64,000 bases of DNA from Promethearchaeia archaeon (lineage in GTDB: Archaea > Asgardarchaeota > Lokiarchaeia > Sigyniarchaeales > SOKP01), in NCBI GenBank assembly GCA_029856045.1, contig JAHQWG010000028.1:1-64000 (forward strand), read 5' to 3'. A program made the position numbers and the translations under genes. The notes beneath the pieces were generated by a model. It saw only the letters and a list, made by a program, of their open reading frames with translations, ran no database searches and was not told the DNA's origin. Of this stretch, positions 21,166 to 31,577 are shown piece by piece; the stretch's first letter is position 1, and each line of letters begins with the position of its first letter.

Positions 21166-22182
21166 ATGAGTATTGATATATCTGATGGAATTGATGAAGG
21201 AAATCTAAGAATAAAAGTGCTAGCTACTAATGAAACTAGTGTAACAATATTGACTGAAGAAAGATTCAATGGAAAGGTAATCCAACCAGGAATTAGTGTT
21301 CCATTTATGCCTGCCGAGCATGGATTGGCAGTGAGTATTGAGGTAATTGATGGTGAGACTACCCATTTATTCTTATTAGATACGGGAGGATCGTTGAGTA
21401 CTATAATAGAAAATTCTAAAAAATTGAAGATTGATTTAAATAAAGTTGAAAAACTAATTCTTAGTCATGGTCATACTGATCACTATGGAGGATTAACGAA
21501 AGTGATATCGGAACTTAAAGAAGGCACTGAATTCATTTTAAACCCGAAATGCTTTACTAATAGAAATCAAATTGCTGTTATTAGATCAGGAGAAGAATTA
21601 TCTGTTGAAGAAATGAATACTAAATATCGACAGCTAAAGAAAGAAAAAAAATTTAAATTTGACGTAAAAATGCCGGTTTTAAATAAAACTCTTATTACTA
21701 ATCGTGCAAACGAACACAATATAAAAATAATTGAAACAAATCAACCTGTAAAGTTATATAAAGGAATCACCACAAGCGGAGAAATTGAATTATTCGATAA
21801 AGATGAGGTTTCAAAAGGATTTTTCTTAATAAATGAAAATAAAGAATTTGAAAAAAATTACTTTAGAGATGAGACTTCAATTTATATTAACGTAAAAAAT
21901 AAAGGATTAGTTGTTCTAACAGGTTGCGGACATTGTGGTATCATGAATACAATAAAACACGGGCAGAAATTAACAGGTATTGATAAAATTTATGCGGTAA
22001 TCGGTGGTTTCCACGAAGAATGGAACTCGGATGAGATTATTGATAAAAAAGTTAAATATTTTGAAGATATAAACCCGGAAATTATTTGTGGAATGCATTG
22101 CACCGGCTTTAAATTTAATGTAAAAATGTCAAAACATCCAGCTCATACTCTTGGTATTGTAGGAACAGAATTTCATTTATAA
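21166..22182 (+). CDS. MBL-fold metallo-hydrolase
   Basis: AEHGL, LLDTG, LSHGHTDHYGG, TGCGHCG, GGFH, HCTG. Confidence 0.88.
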   Translation: MSIDISDGIDEGNLRIKVLATNETSVTILTEERFNGKVIQPGISVPFMPAEHGLAVSIEVIDGETTHLFLLDTGGSLSTIIENSKKLKIDLNKVEKLILSHGHTDHYGGLTKVISELKEGTEFILNPKCFTNRNQIAVIRSGEELSVEEMNTKYRQLKKEKKFKFDVKMPVLNKTLITNRANEHNIKIIETNQPVKLYKGITTSGEIELFDKDEVSKGFFLINENKEFEKNYFRDETSIYINVKNKGLVVLTGCGHCGIMNTIKHGQKLTGIDKIYAVIGGFHEEWNSDEIIDKKVKYFEDINPEIICGMHCTGFKFNVKMSKHPAHTLGIVGTEFHL

Positions 22183-22284
22183 TTTTTTTTTTTATTATTT
22201 TTATTTTAATATTTACTTTTTTAAAAAATTTTATTGAAAAGAAATATATTCAGAAGAACGAGCATTTAGTAAATAATCTTGAAA

Positions 22285-22572
22285 TTATAAATTTATCTCA
22301 ATTAATTCAAAAAGAGAATCCTCATTAACTGTCTTTTTTTCTGCCAATTTTCTGAGTTTATTATTAATTATAAAATGAAAACCACTTTCTTGAGCATTTA
22401 TTATTGCAAATATTAGTCGTTTTATTGTAGGTAAACTAATGGCATCATTACATTTCTCTCTTAACATTTTTCTTATGTCTGTAATCGTATAAAGCGTGTT
22501 TAATTCTAATTTATGAAATATATCAACCATTCTTTCAATCCAATTTCTTTTAACTTTATTCTCTTCTGGCAT
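22285..22572 (-). CDS. small hypothetical protein, possible winged-helix DNA-binding protein
   Basis: 95 aa; YTITDIRKML..ISLPTIKRLI helix-turn-helix-like pattern; divergent from the 22796 gene. Confidence 0.5.
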   Translation of the reverse strand: MPEENKVKRNWIERMVDIFHKLELNTLYTITDIRKMLREKCNDAISLPTIKRLIFAIINAQESGFHFIINNKLRKLAEKKTVNEDSLFELIEINL

Positions 22573-22644
22573 AATAAAAAGAAGTTTTTAATTATTCTTT
22601 ATAAAAATATATAGAATAAATACTATAAAAAAGTTATTAAACAA

Positions 22645-22704
22645 GATCTTTTCTTTAGTATATAAAACTTTTTCTCCAGTTAAGGTGATCTTTTCTAGAG
22701 TATA
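22645..22704. promoter_or_regulatory. three phased direct repeats (21-bp period), candidate operator
   Basis: gatcttttctttagtata (22645), aactttttctccagttaa (22666), gatcttttctagagtata (22687); shared ttttct-nn-agt. Confidence 0.45.
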
Positions 22705-22795
22705 GTAAAGTTTAAATATAAATATATCCACTAAATTTAATGACTATTAACTTTTAAAACTAAAAAAAAAAAATTAAAAAAATAAGATTAATATA

Positions 22796-24988
22796 ATGGA
22801 ACAGGAAAAACCAATATTAAAACCTGTAAAACCTCCAATTAAACCTATAGCTGTTAAAGAACCAGCTAAAGTTAAGAAAATAAAAGAGAAGAAAATAAAG
22901 ATGACATTAGAAAAAAATATTAAAAGTCTTGTTCATTTTATGGCATTTCCAGGACCTCGATTAGGTAGGAACACAATGTATGGTGAAGCTCCTGAAAAGT
23001 ATATGCTAGATTCCATAAATTGGATAGGAAAGCACGGCTTTTTTAAAGGAATTGAGATCACCCTTATAAAAGATCACGAGATCCGACAAAAAGTTATTAA
23101 TTTATTAAAGAAATATAAGTTTTACATTACATTTAGCGCTCAACCAATTCAACTAATTAATGAAGATAATTTAATTGCAGAAACAGATATCAGTTCAATT
23201 GATGAGTTAGAAAGAACTAACGCAGTTAATCGTCTTAAACATTACGTAATTGAAGCTTATGAATTTGGAGCAACTAATTTCTGTTTTTTAAGCGGTAAGG
23301 ATCCAGGGACTGAGAATGGATTACGTTTAAGACGACAGGCAACACAATCTTTAATTTGTTCAATTCATGAAATTTGTACGTATAACAAAAAAGTTGCAAA
23401 GAAACTAAATATAAAACCGATGAAAATTACATTAGAAACGTTTGACAGGCTTTCAGAGAAAAATTGTAAAAACCAATTAATAGGACCTTCAGATGAAGCA
23501 AGAGAGCTTGCTGAAATAGTTAGAAATAATTATGGTCATGATAATTTCGGCATTTTATATGATTTAGGCCATATGTTTTTATTAAGGAGTGGTTTTGATC
23601 ATGAAGAAGTAAATGTATTGCGTTCCCTTGCACCATATTTAAATTCTATTCATATTGCAAATACAATTATTGATAAGGAACATCCCCAATTTGGCGACAT
23701 TCATGTTAGTATGGATCATCCAAGTGGTGCTGTAACTCCCGAAATACTGGCAAATTTTGTAAAAACTTTAAATGAGATTAATTATGAAAATCCAGTTGGC
23801 TTTGAGTTTATGCCACAAGGAAGGCAATTAAGTGAATCTGTTGTTAATATTGCAGTTGCTTCATATAAAGAAGCGGCTGAACAAATTGACGTAAATTACG
23901 CATTAGGGTCCTATAGATTTAAGACACGCAGATTTCTTCCTGAAAAGATTTTCTATATGATTACAGATCATAAACTAAACAAGTATGGGATAATTCGAGA
24001 AGAAATGAAAAATCGGCAGAGAAGAGAAAGACCTTGGGGAGAAAATTTGATCATTATTGCTGCAGATCATCCAGCAAGAAGAGTTACTCGAGTAGGAGAA
24101 AATGATTTAGCGATGGGAGATAGACAACAGTATTTAGGCAGAATTTTAAGAGTTCTAATTCATGACCGAGTTGATGGTGTAATGACTACCCCAGATATTA
24201 TGGACGATTTATTTCTGATTAATTACTTCTATAAAGAGAATGGTGGGGAATCATTTTTGGATAATAAAATATTGTTGGGATGCACTAATCGAGGAGGGTT
24301 GTCAGGATCTTTTTATGAAATGGATGATTTATTAACAGCATACACAGTGGATGATATTATAAATTGTAATTTAGATGGGGCAAAAATGATGTTCAGAATT
24401 GATCTAGAAACACGTCAAGCAAGATATAGTCAAAGGACAATTGAAATATGCTCGAAAATCATTAGGGCGTGTAATAAAAACAATATTCCTGCATTTGTTG
24501 AGCCACTACCGGTGTATAGAGAAAAAGATGGGCCCTACACAATTCAATATAATGCTGATGATATAATTAAGACTATTGGGATTGCAACGGCGTTAGGCGG
24601 CTCTTCAAGTAATATTTGGTTAAAGATACCATATGTTGCAAATTTTGAGCAAGTTATAAGGAGTACAAGCAACCCAATTTTAATGCTTGGAGGAGAAAGT
24701 ACTGGCAACCCAACAGATATTTTGGAAAACTTTGAAAGAGGTTTAGGTGCCGGTCTAAATGTAAAAGGATGTTTAGTTGGTAGGAATTTATTATATCCTG
24801 GATTTGACGATCCATACGCTTCTGCGGTCGCTGTATCACGGATACTTCATGATTATGATAATACTGAAAAGGCGGTAAAAGAGTTAGCAAAAAATAGAGG
24901 AAAACATATGGATTTTTTCACATCAATAATATTGGGGATTCATACAGAAGCTGAGAAGGAATTTAGTTATCCTTCGGAATTAACTTAA
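22796..24988 (+). CDS. fusion: sugar-phosphate isomerase/epimerase TIM barrel + Cgl0159-like class I aldolase barrel
   Basis: N-half TLETFDR, LYDLGH, IHIAN, FGDIH, GFEF; C-half IIAADHPARR, NRGGLSG..EMDD, DGAKMM, WLKIPY, PILMLGG, LVGRNLLYP. Confidence 0.8.
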   Translation: MEQEKPILKPVKPPIKPIAVKEPAKVKKIKEKKIKMTLEKNIKSLVHFMAFPGPRLGRNTMYGEAPEKYMLDSINWIGKHGFFKGIEITLIKDHEIRQKVINLLKKYKFYITFSAQPIQLINEDNLIAETDISSIDELERTNAVNRLKHYVIEAYEFGATNFCFLSGKDPGTENGLRLRRQATQSLICSIHEICTYNKKVAKKLNIKPMKITLETFDRLSEKNCKNQLIGPSDEARELAEIVRNNYGHDNFGILYDLGHMFLLRSGFDHEEVNVLRSLAPYLNSIHIANTIIDKEHPQFGDIHVSMDHPSGAVTPEILANFVKTLNEINYENPVGFEFMPQGRQLSESVVNIAVASYKEAAEQIDVNYALGSYRFKTRRFLPEKIFYMITDHKLNKYGIIREEMKNRQRRERPWGENLIIIAADHPARRVTRVGENDLAMGDRQQYLGRILRVLIHDRVDGVMTTPDIMDDLFLINYFYKENGGESFLDNKILLGCTNRGGLSGSFYEMDDLLTAYTVDDIINCNLDGAKMMFRIDLETRQARYSQRTIEICSKIIRACNKNNIPAFVEPLPVYREKDGPYTIQYNADDIIKTIGIATALGGSSSNIWLKIPYVANFEQVIRSTSNPILMLGGESTGNPTDILENFERGLGAGLNVKGCLVGRNLLYPGFDDPYASAVAVSRILHDYDNTEKAVKELAKNRGKHMDFFTSIILGIHTEAEKEFSYPSELT

Positions 24989-25081
24989 AACTTTTTTATT
25001 CCTTAAAAACATTTGAAATATCTTTTTTTATTATTTAAAAGGTAAAATTATTTTAATTTGATTAATTTTTAATTAAATAAT

Positions 25082-25792
25082 ATGAGAAAGGAAAAATTCC
25101 TCAATACTTTTAAATTACCTTCTACAAGAAATCCAGATATAAAGATTATCGACCCGATGGAAAAATTGCAAAAAAAATCTGTGAAACAAAATATAATAAA
25201 AACTGGAACAACAACCGTTGGATTGATTTGTAAAGATGCAGTTATTTTAGGTACTGATAGACGGGCTTCAATGGCATATTATGTTGCATCTAAAACTGCT
25301 AAAAAGCTTCATAAAATTCAAGATCACCTTTTTATGACTATTGCGGGAACTGTAGCTGATGCACAATACATTGTTGACATTATAAAAGCTGAAACTACAA
25401 TATATCAATTAGAAAAGAATAAACCAATCCAGGTTAAAAGCGCAGCTAGAATTCTTTCAAATATCTTATATCAAAAAAAAATGTCTCCATATGAAGTTGG
25501 ATTAATTTTAGGTGGAATCACAGAGGAAGAAGGACCTATTTTGCTAGATATTGGTTCCTATGGTTCAATTTTACCTGAAGATTATATTGCTGTTGGTTCA
25601 GGAACTCCATTTGCAATTGGGGTCTTAGAAGCAAACTATAAAAAAAAATTACCCCCTGAAGAAGGCAAGAAAATTTGTATCGATGCTGTAAAATCCTCGA
25701 TAATTCGAGATATGGCATCCGGAAATGGGATCGATATTGCAGTTATTCGAAAAGATGGAATAAGTTCGGAAGAATTTATTCCAATTAGTTAA
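25082..25792 (+). CDS. psmB: proteasome beta subunit (with propeptide)
   Basis: KTG|TTTVG autocleavage site, DRRAS, AGTVADAQ, AVGSG, RDMASG. Confidence 0.95.
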   Translation: MRKEKFLNTFKLPSTRNPDIKIIDPMEKLQKKSVKQNIIKTGTTTVGLICKDAVILGTDRRASMAYYVASKTAKKLHKIQDHLFMTIAGTVADAQYIVDIIKAETTIYQLEKNKPIQVKSAARILSNILYQKKMSPYEVGLILGGITEEEGPILLDIGSYGSILPEDYIAVGSGTPFAIGVLEANYKKKLPPEEGKKICIDAVKSSIIRDMASGNGIDIAVIRKDGISSEEFIPIS

Positions 25793-26215
25793 TTAATTTT
25801 TTCACTCTTTTATTATTAAATTTAAATTTTCGGCTTTCTTTTACTATTCTAATTCAAAATTTGATAAATCTCTTTATCATTTTTAGGATGATTTTCCTAA
25901 TTTTTCTTTTTTCTTTCTTATACATCCGATAAAAGATGATTTTTTATTATATTCTTGAAAATAAATGGAGAAATTTAAATAGAGAAACTTTCACTTTAAA
26001 TTTAATTAATACCAAAATGTTTTTAAGTGATAAATGGCTGAGCGGGTATTTTAATAAAATTTAAAAATGCGAATGCCTAATAAAATTTGATTAAAAAAAA
26101 TTTTTATAATATTCAAATAATTACAATTAAAGAAAATAATCAATAAACACATTGAAAAATTAGAAAAATTAAATTTTTTCATTGAGAGAAACATATTAAG
26201 CGAAGGAGAATTGTA

Positions 26216-27037
26216 GTGATTTACAAAATATTAATTGATATTTCTCATAATGAACAAGTAGAGAGCTTCCCAGACGCTTTTAATGAAGATGATTTTATCA
26301 TTGAGTTTATAAATAAGAATGAGGGACCGCTAACTTATGATATGTTAGAGGATTTTGATCTCTTAATTTTAGGGAATATTCAACACAGTAAGAACAATAA
26401 AGATGATAAATTTACTCCTGAAGAATTAAAAGCCATAAAAGAATTTGTTGGAAAGGGAGGAAGTTTATTAGTAACAACCGGAGCTGGAGGAGATAAAGAT
26501 ATGTCAATCAAACAGGGATCTATTAGAGTTCTTTATAAACTAACTGGTGTGAAAAAATACTGGAATGGAGTGATACGATATCCTAAAAGAAATTCTATTA
26601 TTGATAATGTCAATTTAAAAATTGATACTATATTTCAACATCCCATTACAGACGGTGTTAGTCGATTAATATTAGGTAATTGTACATTCTTTTCCATTAC
26701 GGAAGATGCCGAAGATATAATAACAACATCTGAAAATGCATCATTTGAGTATTTTGATCTAAAAGAAATTGATGAGATTGGACAAGTTCCCATTTGTGTT
26801 ATTTCTGAATTTTACAATGGACGAGTGGTAACTTTAGGATCATCATCAATTTTCTTCGAAGATGATGAAATCGGGATAGATATAGCGGATAATCATAAAT
26901 TTCTGGAAAATACCATTAGATGGCTCTGTTTTGACAAAGAAGAAATAATTGTTGAAGAAGAGGATAAGGAGGAAGAAGAAGATGAAGATGATGAAGAAGA
27001 AGAAGAAGAGGATTTTGAGGAAGATTCTTTTTTTTAA
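26216..27037 (+). CDS. GATase-like/GIFT (DUF4350/IFT52-like) domain protein with acidic tail
   Basis: ILIDISHNE, FTPEELKAIKEFVGKGGSLLV, HPITDGV, GRVVTLGSSSIF, DN.KF..N.IRWL; E/D-rich C-terminus. Confidence 0.65.
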   Translation: MIYKILIDISHNEQVESFPDAFNEDDFIIEFINKNEGPLTYDMLEDFDLLILGNIQHSKNNKDDKFTPEELKAIKEFVGKGGSLLVTTGAGGDKDMSIKQGSIRVLYKLTGVKKYWNGVIRYPKRNSIIDNVNLKIDTIFQHPITDGVSRLILGNCTFFSITEDAEDIITTSENASFEYFDLKEIDEIGQVPICVISEFYNGRVVTLGSSSIFFEDDEIGIDIADNHKFLENTIRWLCFDKEEIIVEEEDKEEEEDEDDEEEEEEDFEEDSFF

Positions 27038-27110
27038 ATTAAATTTATTTTAAGAATATTTTATTATTTTTATAAAATACTTAACAAAATTATATTTTAT
27101 TTTTTTTAAA

Positions 27111-28223
27111 ATGATATTTAAATTAAGACGACCTGACGCCGATATAGCTTGGAAAAATCCAGAAATATTTAAGAGATTCTCAAGATATCATGGAATTATT
27201 GATAATACGCAAACTGCAAGATATATTATAGCAAAAACTGTAGAATGTGATTTTAATTCAGATGATTCAATAGAAAATCTCGAAAAACTATTAAAACAAA
27301 AATCTAAAGAATTTAAAAAAATTTTAAATGAAGATATTAATTCACAAAGGAATCGCAAAATTCAGGAGAAATCTTACATACACTTATCTGAAACGATTGC
27401 TTATAAATATCTTGAAGATTGTAAATTTTGTGAGAGAAGATGCGGTGTTAATAGAATTCAAGGCGAAAAAGGATTTTGTCAGCTAGATAAGGATATATTT
27501 GTTTCTTCTGCTTTTTTACATTGGGGAGAAGAATCGGTATTAGTGCCGAGTGGAACTATTTTTTTTACTGGATGCAATTTTGGATGCGTCTTTTGCCAGA
27601 ATTATGATATATCTAACGCTTGGAAAGGTCGAAGAAAAATTGAAGATATCGCCCAAAAAGTTGATGGGAAAAGTTTAGCTGCAATTGCACAAAAATTGGT
27701 AGAAAATGGTGGAATTAATGTGAATTGGGTTGGAAGTGATCCTATCCCGTGCCTACATCTCATTCTTGAATCACTGCTATATCAGAATATAAACATAACG
27801 CAATTATGGAATTCTAATTTTTATTTAACGGAAGAATCTTTGGATTTAATCATAGATTTTATGGATTTTTGGCTACCTGATTTAAAATATGGAAATAATA
27901 AATGTGCAGAAAAATATTCTGGGATAAAGAACTATTGGGAGGTTTTAACAAGGAATCTCAAAAAAATTCACGAAGATGGCAGTGGAGAGATTATAATTCG
28001 CCATTTGGTTATGCCTAACCATGTTGAATGTTGTTCCAAACCAATTTTAGATTTTATTGCTAAAGAAGTTCCAAAATCAGTCGTGAATATCATGGGGCAG
28101 TTTAGACCAGAATATAAATCTAATCAATATCCCGAAATCAATCGAAGACCAACTTCAAGTGAAATACAACAAGTTAAAAAATATGCAGATAAGTTAGATA
28201 TTCTTTATGAACCAGTATCCTAA
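27111..28223 (+). CDS. PflX-like radical SAM protein (pyruvate formate-lyase activating enzyme family)
   Basis: CKFCERRCGVNR, HWGEE..LVPSGTIFFTGCNFGCVFCQN, PDLKYGN, RHLVMPNH. Confidence 0.9.
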   Translation: MIFKLRRPDADIAWKNPEIFKRFSRYHGIIDNTQTARYIIAKTVECDFNSDDSIENLEKLLKQKSKEFKKILNEDINSQRNRKIQEKSYIHLSETIAYKYLEDCKFCERRCGVNRIQGEKGFCQLDKDIFVSSAFLHWGEESVLVPSGTIFFTGCNFGCVFCQNYDISNAWKGRRKIEDIAQKVDGKSLAAIAQKLVENGGINVNWVGSDPIPCLHLILESLLYQNINITQLWNSNFYLTEESLDLIIDFMDFWLPDLKYGNNKCAEKYSGIKNYWEVLTRNLKKIHEDGSGEIIIRHLVMPNHVECCSKPILDFIAKEVPKSVVNIMGQFRPEYKSNQYPEINRRPTSSEIQQVKKYADKLDILYEPVS

Positions 28224-28414
28224 ATTTTAGTTGAAGAGAATTCAAAAAATTTTAATAATATTTATCAAATGTGTTTAATCTATTATCTCTTTCGGGATAA
28301 ATATAACTTAAACCCAAAATTTAAAAAATAATGGAAAATTTTTCTTAGTAACACGTATTTATTTCTTAAAACATAGAAAATATTTAAGACATATGTTAAT
28401 TTGGAGAGATTCCT

Positions 28415-29551
28415 ATGAGCTTTGAATTGAAAGATATTAAAGGGTTAGGTATAAAAAGTGTCGAAAAACTGAAAGCAGGTGGTATTGAATCTGTTGAAAA
28501 ATTGGCTCAATTAAGCGTTGAAGAGTTATCTAAAGTCGAAGGAATTGGAAAGAGTAGTGCAAAAAAATATATTGAAGGTGCAAAAATTTTATTAAACTCC
28601 AGCAAAGAAAAATCTATAAGTGAAACTGAAGAAAAGAATAAAATAGATGAAGAACAAGAATTAATTGCTGAGAAAGAGAAGGATGCTCAAGAAGAACTAA
28701 AAAAATTGGAAAAAAAAAGAGAAAAGCTGAAAGAACAATCTGTTAAAAAAGGTGATTTTGTTCTTGTAAAAATGACCGGTCGTACAGATAAGGGACATAT
28801 ATTTCAAGTTAGTAGCCCTGAAGATGCAAAAAAAGCAGGAATTTATGATGAAAAGAAAGATAAACAAGGATTTTATACACCAGAATTTGTAATAGTTGGA
28901 AAACCTGGATTTGTAATTGATGGTATAAATGAAACTTTAGAAACTATGAAGTTTTTTGAAAAAAGGTCCATTAGAATACCTCCAACTAAAGCATTTGGAA
29001 AGCGAGAATCTCAAAAAATTGATCGTATGGCAATTCAAAGATTTAAAAAATTAAATGAAGGAAAACCTCCAGAGCTTGGACAAACGTTTGTGAATAAAAA
29101 AGGACAAAGAGGTACTGTCACACGTATTGTTCAAGGACGTGTAATTATTGACTACAACCACCCTCTTGCAGGTCAGACTCTTGAATATAATTTAGAAGTC
29201 ATTGATAAAATAGAAGAATTTGATAAAAAATTAGCACGTTTTATTGAATTAAGAATGCCGGGAGCAAAAGCTGATCAATTCAAAATAAAATTTGAGCCTA
29301 AGAAAAAGTCAATTGAAATTGAAATACCTCAAATGCATCAGTTTAGTCAAGGTCTTTTAATGTTTAAATTTGGATTGTCAATGGATCTACAAAATAACTT
29401 AGATGGAATGATTGATATTGTTAAATTTATAGAGGTTTTTGAAAAGCCAAAAATTCCAGAAACCCCTACACCTGAGCCAGAACATGATCATAACCATGAA
29501 CACAACCATGATGACAATAAAAGTGAAGAATCAAATAAAGAAAAGAAATAG
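28415..29551 (+). CDS. FKBP-type PPIase (archaeal long/SlyD type) with N-terminal HhH domain and His-rich tail
   Basis: IKGLG..SVEKL..GGI..VEGIG HhH; IPPTKAFGKR, IDYNHPLAGQTLEY; C-terminal HDHNHEHNH. Confidence 0.85.
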   Translation: MSFELKDIKGLGIKSVEKLKAGGIESVEKLAQLSVEELSKVEGIGKSSAKKYIEGAKILLNSSKEKSISETEEKNKIDEEQELIAEKEKDAQEELKKLEKKREKLKEQSVKKGDFVLVKMTGRTDKGHIFQVSSPEDAKKAGIYDEKKDKQGFYTPEFVIVGKPGFVIDGINETLETMKFFEKRSIRIPPTKAFGKRESQKIDRMAIQRFKKLNEGKPPELGQTFVNKKGQRGTVTRIVQGRVIIDYNHPLAGQTLEYNLEVIDKIEEFDKKLARFIELRMPGAKADQFKIKFEPKKKSIEIEIPQMHQFSQGLLMFKFGLSMDLQNNLDGMIDIVKFIEVFEKPKIPETPTPEPEHDHNHEHNHDDNKSEESNKEKK

Positions 29552-29647
29552 ATTTATTTGGTCATTTAAACAATTATTAATAACCTAATTTGTTTTATAA
29601 ACTCAAAAGATTATATTTATTTTAGAATTATTTTAAGGATATCAGTA

Positions 29648-30499
29648 ATGGGCAAAAGAATAACCTCTTTTTACTCGAAACATAAAGGAGTTTCAGATAC
29701 TGCAAAAAAAATCAATCGGATTTGGGAAAAACATATACGAAAGGCATCAAAAGAGATAAGGAGATTATATAAATCAGCACCGATCAAAGAGGAACGCCAA
29801 GAAATTATCGAGGATGTTCACAAGAAGGGTTATAAGGTATTTGATCTTCATATCCATACATATATTAGCGATGGTAATGAGAGTCCGCAATCAGTCGTAG
29901 ATTATGCAATAGATATCGGACTTGATGGAATAGCAATAACAGATCATAATGCAATAAGAGGTGGAAAATTAGCTCAGCAATACGTAAAAGAGAAAGAGTA
30001 TAATTTTATGGTGTTTCCTGCAGAAGAGATATCTTCGCGCGAAGGGCACATTGTTGCATATTGGGAGGAATTTCCTGAAAAAAAGATTAAAGCGGGTCTT
30101 TCTGCTGTCGAAACTTGTAAAAAGATTCATGATATGGGCGGAATAGCAGTAGCTGCTCATCCCTTTGGACCCCATGGTGTTTCAGACCCGGAATTATTAA
30201 CCACTCTTTTTGATGCATTGGAGATAAATTCTCGTTCTACAGCAGGTTCAGATTCTTTAGCAAAAGACTTTGCAGAGGCACAAAAAATTGCCTACACAGG
30301 TGGAAGTGATGCACATTTAATTCAATCAATTGGTTGTGGATGCACAATTACTAAAGAACCAGTGATTAAAACTTCAGATTTATATGAGTTAATTGTGAAG
30401 AATAAAACAGATGTTTTAGTTACACCAATGTGGGTGGAAATAATTACATATCTTGAAGAATTGGCAGAAGATTATGAAGAAGGATTAATTCAAGATTAA
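29648..30499 (+). CDS. PHP-domain metallophosphoesterase
   Basis: DLHIHT..SDG, AITDHN, GH, AAHP, GGSDAH. Confidence 0.88.
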   Translation: MGKRITSFYSKHKGVSDTAKKINRIWEKHIRKASKEIRRLYKSAPIKEERQEIIEDVHKKGYKVFDLHIHTYISDGNESPQSVVDYAIDIGLDGIAITDHNAIRGGKLAQQYVKEKEYNFMVFPAEEISSREGHIVAYWEEFPEKKIKAGLSAVETCKKIHDMGGIAVAAHPFGPHGVSDPELLTTLFDALEINSRSTAGSDSLAKDFAEAQKIAYTGGSDAHLIQSIGCGCTITKEPVIKTSDLYELIVKNKTDVLVTPMWVEIITYLEELAEDYEEGLIQD

Positions 30500-30641
30500 A
30501 TTTTTTATTCATTTTAAAAAAATCATTTTATCATTTATCTGGTAGAAATAAAATCGAATATTTAATAAATGTTAAATAACTGTTTCAATCTTTAAATAAA
30601 TGATAAATTTAAATAAAGATTTTATCTTATAACTTCATAGA

Positions 30642-31529
30642 ATGCAACAAAAAAGGGTTATACTTAGCGCAGAGACATCTCATGAAGTTATTAAAATATT
30701 CATTGAGCATTTACAAAAACTTGATATTGACTTACAAATTTATAATCCGATTAGTAGCCCCCAAGATTTGGAAAATAATCAAATTTTCAATTATAAATGC
30801 GATTTATTACTAGTTAAAGTTCATAATGATACCTCGATTGACTTTTTACATTATGCAAAACTTCACAATATTCCTACATTAAATAATATCGATGCAGTTC
30901 TTAATGTTAAAAATAAAGTTTCTTTAGATTATAGCTTGCGTGCTATTTTTAATAAATATAATTTTGAAAACATTCGTTTACCTAAGTCTTGGACATACTA
31001 CTTTTATAAGATAAAACCCTTTAAAAAATGGATTCAGGAAAAACTTCCTATTGTCATAAAATCTCATTATCAGCACGAAAAAATGCTACGATTTAATTAT
31101 TTAATTAGAGATATTAGCGAGATCAAAATGCTTGTTCGAAAGCATATGCTATTTCTTAATTATGATGTCTATATACAAGAATTTATAGACTCTGATGGAA
31201 TTGATAATAAAATTTACGTAATTGGAGATAAAGTATTTGGAATAAAAAGACCGAGCCCAATTTTTATTTATAAAAAATACTCAGCTCAATATATTGATAC
31301 AAAAAAATTAGAACGAGAACAATATGATCCTCCACCAGAATTAATTGAATTAACTCAGATCTTAAGAAAAGAACTTAAAATGGATTTTTTTGGATTTGAT
31401 TTACTAAAATCAAATCGAGATGGCAATTATTATATTGTTGATGTAAATGATTTTCCAGGTTATAGAGGTATTAAAGGAGCCGGGAAAATAATGGCAGATT
31501 ATGTAAAAAATTACTTGGAAATTGATTGA
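30642..31529 (+). CDS. ATP-grasp protein, ITPK1 (inositol-tetrakisphosphate 1-kinase)-like
   Basis: PIVIKS, IQEFI..DGIDNKIYVIGD, FFGFDL, YYIVDVNDFPGY; the last motif resembles ITPK1 DINYFPGY more than RimK EVN.SPG. Confidence 0.65.
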   Translation: MQQKRVILSAETSHEVIKIFIEHLQKLDIDLQIYNPISSPQDLENNQIFNYKCDLLLVKVHNDTSIDFLHYAKLHNIPTLNNIDAVLNVKNKVSLDYSLRAIFNKYNFENIRLPKSWTYYFYKIKPFKKWIQEKLPIVIKSHYQHEKMLRFNYLIRDISEIKMLVRKHMLFLNYDVYIQEFIDSDGIDNKIYVIGDKVFGIKRPSPIFIYKKYSAQYIDTKKLEREQYDPPPELIELTQILRKELKMDFFGFDLLKSNRDGNYYIVDVNDFPGYRGIKGAGKIMADYVKNYLEID

Positions 31530-31577
31530 ATTCTCTAAAGAAATAGAATATATTCAGCATTATACTTGTTTGGAAAA

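Noticed and set aside
26940-27030. GAA/GAT-rich simple repeat
   Set aside because: Encodes the acidic protein tail; not an independent repeat element
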